Shown one piece after another: positions 26,901 to 36,856 of a DNA stretch of 64,000 nucleotides (positions are counted from its first letter, which is position 1; each line of letters begins with the position of its first letter). The translations under genes and the position numbers were made by a program. Under the pieces are notes generated by a model. It saw nothing but the letters and a program-made list of their open reading frames with translations, was not told the DNA's origin and ran no database searches. Source of the stretch: Paraspadella gotoi (taxonomy: Eukaryota; Animalia; Chaetognatha). The stretch spans positions 4,292,931 to 4,356,930 of the forward strand of contig CM119266.1 of NCBI GenBank assembly GCA_051294375.1. The letters run 5' to 3'.

Positions 26901-29900
26901 TTCTTCAAGTAAGCTCAGAGGACCTCTTCAAGTAAGTTAAGAAGACCCTGTCAAGTTAGTGAAGAAGAGATATTCAAGTAAGTTAAAATGACCCTGTCAA
27001 GTAAGTTAAGTTAAAAAGACCCGGTTTAATAAGCTAAGAAAACCTGGTCAAGTAAGTTTGTGGCGGGCGCCATGAGCGTCAGCTGATAAGATGGCGTTGA
27101 CTGGAAAAGGGAGACGGCCTTGACGTCCATCACGTGGCACAATCAGTTAATTTGTTTATTAATAAAACGTCTCTAACCAATTTGCTTGGTTAATTATAGA
27201 AGCAGACCTTAATAAAATATAGATATTCAGTTGCTTTTGCCAGCAAGCAGCTACAATATCTATATGAATAACAATAATAAAGAAAACATTAACATTAATA
27301 AACATGGTAAAACTTAATCCACCTTCAACTAGCAATTCATTCATCTGAAGAGAAGAAAAAAGAAATGAAGTAACAATAATAAAATATATGTTGAGATAAC
27401 TGGTGCAATCTATCAGTGAATAGTTGCACTGTTCATTTGTTCATAGTTTAAGTAACATGCTACTTAATATAATTAGATAATTGGAATATCTATAATTTAT
27501 ATACACGTGTACACGTATACACGTGTGGCGTTTGCCAATGAACGCCTGCTTGTTGTCCATTAATCCCGAGATCACATCTCGGTGATGATTTTTTTATTTA
27601 TATTAGATTTATTTGTTATTTTGTTAAAGAGTTTAATATTAATATATTAGAGATAAAGTTCATCATCTAATAATTGGCTGCTTGCTCTGATGGCTGGATC
27701 TTGGTGAGAAGTTAAGAAAACCCTGTAAAGTAAGTTAAGAAGACCTCTTTTAGAGAGTTAATAAGTTAAGAAGACTTTTTTTCATTCCTCTGCCTTTTCT
27801 TTCACAGGCCCAAACCTGTTTTTTTTTTAGCCCCATGTTGCCGACCATGACCCTCACCACTACTTTGAAAAGTTCGTTGCTTAGCCTAGCTGGGCCATCA
27901 CCTCACCATCTCAGGCCCTACTTTGTCTGGCTCTGCTAAGTCTGAATTTTTCAATCATTGTTCAATAACTTACCATTCAATATGATATGTTTATACAGTA
28001 GGGTGGAGTGATGAAAAGATTGAGTGATTGAACATTATTTTTTTGCTGCCTATGGACATATAATTAATGAATTTTAAATCCTTTTAAAATTTTTTTTAGC
28101 ATAACAGTATAGCAAATTCAATTATTTATGTAGTAATATCCTTATAAAATCGTCAAATTTCAAAATAAATTTTTTTTATTTTTAAGAACTGATTTGGATT
28201 CGCTGTAAAAAATTAAGAAACTTTTATAAAATATGTTATAAGATATTTTAATGTTTAGATCACAAAAAATGACTAAAACGTTTTAACATATATAAGTTTC
28301 TACTACAGATAATAAAAAAGTCAGGAATTTTCACCTTTTTTCTTATTTTAAACATTGAAGATGACAGAATTTTTGATAACATGTTTTATATTTTTGATTC
28401 AACTTTTTATGAAGAATCTGAATCTTTATTAAAAGTTTTATAAAAATTATTTTTAAAATTTATTATTTTATAAGGATATTACTACAAATATATTATATTT
28501 TACTATTCTGTTCCCGACATAATATGAACAAAATATTTTTTGTACTAGTCAATCATACTATCTCACATCTAAATATCATTGTTCGATCATTCAAATAAAT
28601 TTTTTGTTCTTGAGTGCTCCACTCTATTATACAGTACATTCTAATGAATGAGTTAATTCAGACACATTAATTATATATTCAATAACTAGTCAATAAAACA
28701 ATTGCGTTTTATTTCTCTTTTTTTTAGTTAATAATTATTTGATAATTTATGCATTCAGGAACTGATGACAGATTGCAGACCGGTAACGGCAGGATGTACG
28801 CCGATCCAGCGATGGCGTTCGAAGGAGGTTGGATCAACAAGGTTTTGCTCAAACATTGGAAGGTTTCATTCGCCAATGGATTGTTTACTGAGGTAAAATT
28901 AATAATTATGTCATGTCAAAAAAGTTAAAGGATTCTGTATGATAAAGTCATGCAGGGGAAAAAAACGCTAGCCTTGCAAGACTCATAACTGCAAATCTTA
29001 CAGCAGTCCACCCCTACTGCTGATTAGGGTGGAGTGATGAAAAGATTGAGCGATTGAACATTATTTATTTGCTGCCTAAGAATATATAATAAACAAATTT
29101 TAAATCTTTTTAAAATTTTTGTTAGTATAACAGTATAATAAATTCAATTATTTATGTTGTAATATCCTTATAAAATCGTTAAATTTTAAAATAATTCTTT
29201 TTATTTTAAAGAACAGATTTTGATTTGCGTAAAAAACTAAAAAAACTACAGAATAAAAAAATCATAAATTTTTACCTTTATCCCATTTTAAATACCCAAG
29301 ATGACAGAATTTTTGATAATATCTGGCATCTTGATTCCTCTGCGATGATATATTTTAAATTTTTGATTCAACTTTTTATGAATAATCTGAATCTTTATTA
29401 AAAGTTTTAAAAGAATTATTATATTAAAAAAATATTATTACAAATATATTATATTCTACTATTCTGTTCCCGAGACTATATAAACAAAATATTTTTTGTA
29501 CTAATTAATCATACTATCTCACATCTAAAAATCCTTGTTCAATCATTCAAATAATTTTTTTATTCTTGAGTGCTCCACTCTACTGTTGATGAACTGTTAA
29601 TGAAAATTCGATTCGAGGAGGAGAGAGAATGCTTAATCTTAGGCCACTGGATCTTAATTTTATGTCACTGGAGTTGCTGAGAAAATTTGACGGGTGATAT
29701 TTTGATATGTTGCATGACTTCAATGAGTTTTTGTTCCCTCAGGTTCGGTTTACAATGTGGAAAGCTGATAAACCTGTTGTTGACATATTGTTCGATGGTA
29801 AAGGCAGCAACACGAACTTCTGGTTTTACCCCAAGAACATCATTAAAGTCCTCCAAGGCCCCAGCATTGATGTGGATGGAGAGTACAACCAATTCAGTGT

Positions 29901-32900
29901 CATAGCTGCACATGCAGCTGGAAGGCATTTCTATGTCAACCGAAATTATGGCGGATGTATAAAAGATTATGGATATTTCTTTATATCAGACAAGTGAGTT
30001 TGATAAAAAAATGCGTCCTCCCAAGTTTTTTCTTTTCCATTTTCAGCAAAGATAATATTTTTGGATACTTATTTTTTCAGAGCAAATGATCCATGCCAGG
30101 GGCATTTTAATGACGGGAAAAAATGGGATAATTTCCCGGTTTTCTTTTACTCATTGGATAAAGAAGGGACTCTATGGACGAAAGCCTTGGGAATGGCGGA
30201 CACAGTGACAATCACTGTTTTTTAAAAAAAAAAGAACAACGCCTTCAATATGACTAAAAAGTCTTTCATGATATCATTCCAAAATGATACATAGTTACAG
30301 AAAAATACATGTTCTAGCCTAATTTGTAGTTCATTCAAATAGCGATGTCGCCGGCGATTCACGCACGAGTAGCAGGTGTGGTTCTAGTTGGTTGGCGACT
30401 TTGCCATGGCGATATCGCCAAAGCCCTGGCGATATCGCCATGGCGAAGTCGCCAACCAACTAGAACCTAAGATTTGTACTTTTAACAAGTTTGAGCAAAT
30501 AATGTCGGATCTGCCTACAATAATTACGTGGTAATCAGCTAATCAGATGATAAATCACAATAATTCTTTCAATTTGTGATCCTAACTGATCATAACAGAT
30601 CATAACATGTAAATCGCCTGAAAGGGATTAAACTGAACTGTTAGTATGGTAGAAATAATTATTATTAAAGTACAAATAATTTCTTTAACTATTATTATTT
30701 TTTCAACTTGCATCATTTTTTAAACTTGCCTCATTTTTTAAACTCGCATCATTTTTTCATCTGGCATCCCTTTTTTAACTCGCTCCATTTTTTCAACTTG
30801 CATTATTTTTTGAACTTGCATCATTTTTTCAACTCAAATCAGCAGATTCCAACTCTATAAATCACTTTGTTGGTCCGTCGGTCTCACCCCTAAATCTTGT
30901 CGGTAAATCATTTTTATCACATCAGAACATCATATTATGCTAAATTAAGCCAAAAAAAACGATGTCTGTCTGACTGTCTGTGCATAACATAAGTCACAAT
31001 AACTTAAATCTTTTTACTAATTTTAACCCATAATTACTCGAATTAATCATAATTGGATGGATAGATTGAGATTAAATTTTGTGTGCGGGTAGTAAAGTGT
31101 GTGATGAAGCTGGATATAAAGTTTAGATGGAATCGTGCGAGTAAAAATGAGTTTAAATGGAAAAAACAAAAGTCACTTTTATTTGAATCTTTTTAATAAT
31201 TTTAATTAAACATTCATGAGTAAGCAGAAATAATAAAATGGAGCAAGATAAAAAAAATGATGCGAGTTAAAAAAAGATGCAAGTTGAAAAAAATTATGCA
31301 AGTTGAAAAAAATGATGCAATTTGAAACAAGTTTGAGCAAACAATGTCAGATCTGACTACTATAATTAAGCGGTAATAAGCTAATCCGATGATAAATCAT
31401 GGTAATTTTTCTGACTCTCAATTTGTGATTATGACGCGATGTACAGTCTCGTAGAATAAACTGCAGTTAAAAAAAATTTTTCATTATTGATTTTTTTATT
31501 TTTTATTGTTTCTCATCCTAGGTCATTACTCCGTGAATGTTATGTATAAAAATTAATACAAAATTTCTTAAAGCTCTCAATAAATACATAAATGCCGTCA
31601 GAATTCAAACTAAAAAGAAGATTGGTTTACTCTGTACTGTATAAACAATATATCTCTTAAAAAACAATCTCCTCTGTTAAAGCTGTCGTTTGATATAAAA
31701 AACTTCAAACATTTGTCTGTTCATCTGTCTGTCTGTCCGTCCTTTCTCCTATACCTTTAAAGTCTTATTACTTATGTTTGGATAAATCAATTGAGTTGAA
31801 ATTTTGTCCGTGATTAATAAACTAGTTCATTGAGCTGGAATTCCAGTTTCAATGGAATCAAGCTAGTGGAAGTAGGTTTAAATAAAAAAGTAAAGTTAAA
31901 TTTTAGTTTATTAAATTAATTTGTATTTAACATTATTTTTAGATGCGCCGAGATTAAGAGCCACGCAAGTGTATCAAAAACTGGTCAGTGTGTCTGTCAG
32001 ATTGTCTATCCAACCTATGTACATAAAAACATACACCATAATTTGGCTTGGAAATTGCGATAAAAAGTTTTTATTTTTGTTATATTCTGTCAATTTTGAT
32101 TAGACCTAAAGCTAATCTTCAATTTTTATTTACTACAAAATTGAATATATGAAGTCGTTTGAAAATAAACGACACAATTTATGTAATTTATTGTAGTAAC
32201 AAGAACCATAACATCAACTGCAAGCTTGTAAAATTTGCAGAGCTTTAACATATCTCACCCTTAACTCTGATGATTTTGAGGCAAAGTCACTGTCTCTCTT
32301 TCTCTCTCTCTTTCTTTCAGATAAAATTATTGATTGGCTGATTGATTAGTTGATTAAAAGATCATCAATGATCGATTATCATTGCATACATTGTCACAAT
32401 AATAAATGGTTATCATTGCATCAATAAATCCTTTATATTTTTATATCTCTGAGATAAAATGATTGATTGACTGAATTCAATCACGTTGATTGACAGATTC
32501 TTTTATTGATTTATTAAAAAATCTGTTATGATTACGTAATAGGGCCATGATAAAAAGTTTTAATAAACTTAAACCAGTAATTTCATTATTTCCACCCCCT
32601 AAATCTTGTCGGGCATTCACTCAGATCATGTCAGATCCGACATTGTTTGCTCAAACTTGTTACTTTTAAATTAATATTTAACATTGAAAAAATCTTAATG
32701 GGTTTTCAAATGACAGTGTTTTTTTACAGGCACTTGTAAAATTGTCACCATGTACAATAGATTTCATTACCGTTGGTCACTTTGTTGTACATACAATTGC
32801 TGACTCTCTTTCTGTCTCTCTCTCTTTCTTCCTAAACTAGTGCCACGCTTTCACTTTTCAATCACCTGGTTACAAAAAAAAATAATTGTGATAGCCTCGA

Positions 32901-35670
32901 ACGAGCAACCTTAGCATCTTAACAATCAGAATTCTCTCTCTCACTTTTGCTTTGGCTCTCTCGCTCTCACTCTTTGCTTCACTCTCTCTCTCAGTCGCTT
33001 TCTCTTTGTTTCTGCATCAATTTCAGAACTTTTGCTCACTTAAAAAACATTACAGTATTATTATTAAAAGTAATGGTTTATCAAAATTAATAGCAAATGA
33101 TCACAATAACATAAGATAACAAAAAATTGTCCTCCATATCCTTTTTGAATACTTATGGAAAACATAAAATAAAAAAAAATAAAGAAAAAATGAAAAATTT
33201 ACCAAAAAAATTTTCAGACCATGCTCACTGAGAATTATAATTTTGCCTAAAAAATAAATAAGTCAAAAAAATAAAAACATCAGATTGTGACAAAATCAAT
33301 TGGGAAAAATCTGATTTTTTTCAAAATGCAAAATTATTTCACAAGTTCCTTATTTATAATTCTCAATGAGACAAATGTTTTTTCAAAAATGTTTTATTCA
33401 ACTTTTAAATTAATTAAAAATCATTTTAGTATACTAAATTTTAAAATATTTTTATAAAAATATATACCTAAAGTTCTAAGAAGATGAATTTCCCAAAAAT
33501 GTTACTTAAATCTTTCTTAAAACACCAAACAAGTCACAGCTACAAAATGAATACAAAAAACTAGAAAAAAGCAATATTGTTTTGTCATTCTGATTTAGAG
33601 ATATTTGGTTGATTGTTATGCCTTAAATTTCCTTTAAATTAAAAAATAATAGGTTTAAAAGATAGCTTTTTATCTCTAGTAGTAAATTGAGTTTGAATAT
33701 AACTTTTTTTTATCAGCAAGTTTAACCCAGATCAATTACAATGACGATGGTATTAAATTTTTTTACCGTTTTAAGCTACTTTTAGCCTGATTTTTTACAT
33801 ATTTTGATTATCTTTGCGACCTTACTGATAAAAAACAGTCATGGTAAAGAGAGCCTATGTTCGTTTAAATATAAGGCATATGTTAGTAATCAGACAGAGT
33901 AAAGATTTTGGTCACAATATAAAGAATTTTGCATGAGAATAGCGTGAATAAATTTTTCCACGAGACTGTGCAGTGTGCACCGCGACTTATAACAAATCAT
34001 AACAAACTTCTTAATAAATCTTTGAAAAATTCTATAAATCAAAAACTTATATCTGGCTTAATCTCATAGTTTACTACCCACACACAAAATTTTATTTTCA
34101 TTTATTTATCAAATTTTTAATTAATATAATTATTATGAGTAAAAATATAAGTAAAAATGCTTCAGGTAAATATGACTTTTGTTTTTTCCATTGAAACTCA
34201 TTTCCACTCGCACGATCATTAGCGATAATTAATTAATTTGATCCGAAATGTTTGTTTTTAGGTCTTTTCATCACTTACCATGACAAAAGCAACGACGACG
34301 ATGATGGCGACGGCAACAATAACGCTGATATCGATTGACTAAATTGATTGATTAAATAATTAATTAATTGATTTATTGATTAATTAATTAACTACTTGAT
34401 TAATTAACTGATTAATTATTTGATTAATGAATACATCTTGCATTTACTTTTAATATAAAAATAAAAAGAAGCATAATCAATTAGTGAAACAGGTTTTTTG
34501 TTTTTTCCATTTAAACTCATTTCCACTCAGACGATTCCATGGAAACTTTATTTCCAGCTTAATCACACACTTTCCTACCCACATACAAAATTCAAGGTCA
34601 ATCGCCCTATCCACTCATGAGCAATTGGTGTTCAAATAGTGAAATATATTTTTTTGTTTTTCCAGTTAAACTCTTTTCCACTCATACGATTCAATCGAAA
34701 CTTCATATCCAGTTCAATCACACACTTCCCTACCCACACACAAAATTTGAAGTCAGTCGTCCCATCCACTCTTGAGTAATTGGCGTTCAAATAGTGAAAT
34801 ATATTTTTTTGTTTTTTCCAGTTAAACTCTTTTCCACTCGTACGATTCAATCGAAACTTCATATCCAGTTCAATCACACACTTCCCTACCCACACACAAA
34901 ATTTCATTCCAATCCATCCATCCAATCACGAGTAATTGGAGTTTTTTGCTAAGGTAGGACGGATGGACAGACAGACAGACAGACAGACGGACGGACGGAC
35001 ATTGTTTTTTTGCATATTATATCATAATTCGATATTCTGACATGATATATGTGAATGCCCGACAAGATTGAGGGGGCGGACCGACGGTCCGACAAAGTGA
35101 ATTATAGAGTCGGGATCTGCTTATAAGCAGATCCGACTAAAAATACCAAGGACATTTTCGATGTTGACCTCTTACCTAGACGGCGAATCCCCGTCGTATT
35201 TCATTCTCGATCTTTTACGTTTATCTTCCCAATCTTCAGCGTCGATGACCGACGAGCCGATTGCGATGTGATCGTGTGAGCGCCTTTTGTCTCGATCTTA
35301 AGTGATAGAATAAATAGAGCAAGTTTCAGTGGTTAAGATCTGAGGGTAGCGCCGCTTAATCGACTCGTTCTTCTTGTGAGACTCAGCATGGCACGAACCC
35401 GAAACCTTTGTGCTGGAAGGGGCTGGTGACCGCTTTCGCGGACATGGCCCTCTCACTTTCCATCTTATATTTTTGAGCAGTCATCATCGGCGGTAAAGAA
35501 AAATCACCTCTTGCAACTGGAAATTGAGAACTTGACACGTAGACTTCCGGCGTTGACATCGTCCGCCTGGGAACGCCCCTTTTCAACGCCGTCTCGGTGG
35601 GGGAGTGTATCGGCGAACCCGCTCGACATCGCGAAACAGAAAATTCCTCATCTTCTTCTATCGCGTCCAT
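957..35670 (-). CDS. Multi-exon type II transmembrane protein with 2 EGF domains and at least 5 tandem diverged fibrinogen C-terminal (FReD) domains. The 5' exons at 35176-35670 are joined tentatively across the N gap; the 3' end is uncertain.
   Basis: Phase-compatible exons translated by hand. TM: YAFIIAAIGLCLLAIGIGVSV (22707-22808). EGF: CDKTCFFDNPCVQLTNGSWACECKIGYRGELC (about 21890-22107) and CMNGGTC...CACKKGFIGTRC (about 20620-20879). FReD motifs: VIFQRFKEDPGDFDQDIYKYNEVGIG (~20050), WRLIVELEYEDRTHAVALYDKF (~17100), AGDGFLQLDGVSF (~16680), GGWWYKNKGCREGQLTGLY (~16220), ATMKIQ (~15885), DYLYGFGHPYFDYFVGLHTL (~13960), VGWWF (~9345), SDC...PGFYPFALPSGLFLEVYC (~6790), VYLESSKGSGTSYYGSFKVG (~5350), PWWY (~4858). 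Confidence 0.8.
1079..1112. repeat. (GA)n microsatellite; further copies at 6547-6613 and 23946-23993
   Basis: Seen directly. The 1079 and 6547 tracts form the polypyrimidine tracts of minus-strand splice acceptors. Confidence 0.95.
1576..1788 (-). mobile_element. Solo LTR of the TRIM family
   Basis: tgaagagacag...gtccatcata, homologous to the LTRs at 5476-6138; perfect 4-bp TSD ATAC/ATAC. Confidence 0.9.
4417..4596. mobile_element. MITE with internal telomere-like (TAACCC) repeats
   Basis: TIRs aattttatttttgccgact / agtcggcgaaagtaaaatt enclose degenerate ccctaa repeats. Confidence 0.65.
5476..6138 (-). mobile_element. Full-length TRIM (miniature non-autonomous LTR retrotransposon)
   Basis: Direct LTRs at 5476-5708 and 5905-6138 around a non-coding interior of about 195 bp. 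On the minus strand, PBS TGGTGAGCCCGAC (5891-5903) follows the 5' LTR and PPT GGGAGGGGGGA (~5720-5730) precedes the 3' LTR. TSD AAGG/AATG. Confidence 0.9.
6915..8575. repeat. 33-bp purine-rich minisatellite, about 50 units
   Basis: Unit gaggaaatgggatagagggaaagagggaggaat. It accounts for the repetitive MRKWDRGKEGG ORFs. Confidence 0.95.
8690..8920 (-). mobile_element. tRNA-derived SINE-like element
   Basis: Minus strand GGTGGCTCATTGAG (A box) ... GGTTCAATCCC (B box) at tRNA-like spacing, followed by a non-tRNA body. Confidence 0.65.
9653..10768. mobile_element. TIR element with telomere-like repeats and a probable nested LTR-like insertion (about 9740-10460)
   Basis: ggtctcttttccgagagtgcccgattt is an imperfect inverted match to aaattgggcattctgggcaaataagacc; taaccc-like array at 10500-10680; the inner segment has CCAAT-like, TATA and AATAAA motifs. 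Confidence 0.5.
11572..11805 (-). mobile_element. Solo LTR of the TRIM family
   Basis: Homologous over the full LTR length; TSD AAAT/ACAT. Confidence 0.9.
12600..12810 (-). mobile_element. tRNA-derived SINE-like element (second family)
   Basis: Minus strand TGGCTGAGCAGG (A box) ... GGTTCAATCCC (B box). Confidence 0.55.
17390..18295. repeat. Minisatellite of about 21 bp (ttttttaacttgcataa), interrupted by an insertion
   Basis: Seen directly. The same unit occurs at 30700-30835, 31240-31325 and 62365-62445, inside Helentron-like repeats. Confidence 0.85.
17616..18035 (+). mobile_element. Probable solo LTR
   Basis: Imperfect inverted ends tattagatcc...ggtcctaaca, CTTG on both flanks, AATAAA near 17873; it splits the minisatellite. 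Confidence 0.55.
19597..19774 (+). mobile_element. Solo LTR of the TRIM family, internally deleted
   Basis: tatggtggac...gtctcttca; perfect TSD ATAA/ATAA. Confidence 0.9.
20295..20529 (+). mobile_element. Solo LTR of the TRIM family
   Basis: tatggtggac...gtctcttca; TSD AGCT/ATCT. Confidence 0.9.
22268..22613 (+). mobile_element. LTR (about 22268-22567) followed by an extended tRNA-Leu primer-binding site
   Basis: TGTAAG...CTTCA ends with CCAAT, TATAAA (~22449) and AATAAA (~22519). Bases 22571-22613 are the reverse complement of the tRNA-Leu 3' end AGTCTCTTCGGAGGCGTGGGTTCGAATCCCACCGCTGCCA plus CCA. Confidence 0.7.
23405..23503. other. Assembly gap (N run)
   Basis: Run of N. Confidence 1.
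24151..30225 (+). CDS. Secreted protein of about 220 aa, single uncharacterised extracellular domain, 5 exons
   Basis: Exons at about 24151-24199 (signal peptide MKSYLILVLVFLLGNQ), 26420-26515 (VLALRVSAGSGINVYDAW), 28759-28892, 29743-29993 (FDGKGS..FWF..FSV..RHFYVNRNYGGCIKDYGYF) and 30082-30225 (PC..FPVFFYS..W..ADTVTITVF*). All introns are GT-AG with consistent phases. Confidence 0.85.
24558..26294 (+). mobile_element. Non-autonomous Helentron/DINE-1-like element; related copies or fragments at about 24230-24548, 30484-31420, 33990-35136 and 62200-62590
   Basis: 5' hairpin ccggatctgc..gcagattccgg, a (CTGT/CCGT)n microsatellite, internal minisatellites, and a 3' gcagatccgac followed by ...caaacttgtt; inserted in a T run. 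Confidence 0.65.
25633..26097. repeat. 18-bp minisatellite (gttgaccaaattatgcca)
   Basis: Seen directly; accounts for the MPVDQI-repeat ORF. Confidence 0.95.
26558..27057. repeat. Minisatellite of about 24 bp (gtcaagtaagttaagaagaccct)
   Basis: Seen directly; resumes at about 27709-27776. Confidence 0.9.
27999..28626. mobile_element. hAT-type MITE
   Basis: TIRs tagggtggag/ctccactcta; perfect 8-bp TSD TTATACAG. Confidence 0.85.
29025..29582. mobile_element. hAT-type MITE, second copy
   Basis: Same TIRs and interior as 27999-28626; 8-bp TSD CTGCTGAT/CTGTTGAT. Confidence 0.85.
30380..30467. repeat. Near-perfect 41-bp inverted repeat with a 6-nt loop
   Basis: ggttctagttggttggcgactttgccatggcgatatcgcca-aagccc-tggcgatatcgccatggcgaagtcgccaaccaactagaacc. 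Confidence 0.9.
31444..33969. mobile_element. Non-autonomous DNA transposon inserted in a Helentron-like copy
   Basis: Inverted ends acagtctcgtagaataaa / tttttccacgagactgt; the flanks rejoin as Helentron-like sequence. Confidence 0.45.
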
Positions 35671-36645
35671 GATTGTGACGATTTGGATTTAAAAATAAAT
35701 TATAATAATTTGGATTTGATATTAGTAGAGCGGATTTAAAGTTAATAAAAGTAAGAGGCTATTGAAACGGGGAAGAAAAAGCGCGAGCGGTTTTCTGAAA
35801 CAATTACAACAATGTTTATGATAGATAAATATAAGAATTAAGTCTACACGAAGGGAAAATTTGTTTTTCCCTCGCTAGATCATGAATCGTAATGTCAATG
35901 GTTGTATTCATTGTTTGTAAAATTAAATTAACCCTGCTGTACCAATATTATTCTATTTCTAATTGCTTGGTTAAACTCATCGCTCAAAGCTCGTTTTTAT
36001 TTTTCAAATTGCAGTATAAGGGATGAAATGGCAAGCTACCAATCAAGCAATCAAAGTAATTTTCTGACTAACTTTCTATGTGAGGCGACTTACCACCGGT
36101 CTCTCTCTCTAAACCCTTCCTCTCTCCTCTTTCTCCGAGCCGGTCTATTCCACTCGGTCACTTTGCCCTAGCTTTGGCAATGACCTTAGATTGACCGGAC
36201 ACAGTAATAGAGCCGAGGCGACCGCCTCATATGTTTATATTTTATATTCTCTTTTTATATGTATTTCTCTTCCTTCCTCGACTTCATATCTCGTAATGAA
36301 AAGTAACTAAATGATTTAATCACTGCATTACTAGCAATAATTGTAACAAACAATGTATTAAAACAATTCTGTAAATTCGAAATAAAGCAAAAGTATAAAA
36401 AGAGCAATTGTATGTTGTCTTTCCGCGCACCATAAATCAGCTGAATGAGAAAAAAAGAAAAACGGACGAGCGCTGACAGAAGGAAGACAAAAGAGAAGTT
36501 CGCCAGTGCTGGATAGAATTAACTGTGGGGCGGAATTTTAAATAAAATGTAATCATAACACTTATAAATTAACTTATTAATACTACTCTAAACAACCAAG
36601 CCACCTTAACTCAATGCCCCGTCGCGGCGGAGCAGTAGTTGTCCC

Positions 36646-36659
36646 GTCGCCATGACGAC
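36646..36659. promoter_or_regulatory. RFX X-box-like palindrome upstream of centriolin
   Basis: GTCGCCATGACGAC resembles GTTGCCATGGCAAC and lies about 200 bp upstream of the ATG of a centriolar gene. Confidence 0.4.
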
Positions 36660-36856
36660 CGCATGAAAAAAGGAGCCAAGCACGAAAAGGCTTTTTTTGT
36701 GCTCCTTATTCGCTAATCGCGTCCATCGCGCGGAATCGAATCATCCATGAGATGTCAACCGAAACCAAACACTTTTATCAGTTTCCGACATCTTAACCAC
36801 GAGAGATAAAACCTCGGACCCAAAACTCGGAACGAGCAACGGTTTTTTTAAAAAAA

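Noticed and set aside
25633-27057. Regular short repeats resembling CRISPR arrays or repeat proteins
   Set aside because: Head-to-tail minisatellites without unique spacers, in eukaryotic introns with no cas genes.
35383-35670. Stand-alone 95-aa gene
   Set aside because: A donor at 35405 and a phase-compatible exon at 35176-35296 suggest it is the first exon of a longer gene.
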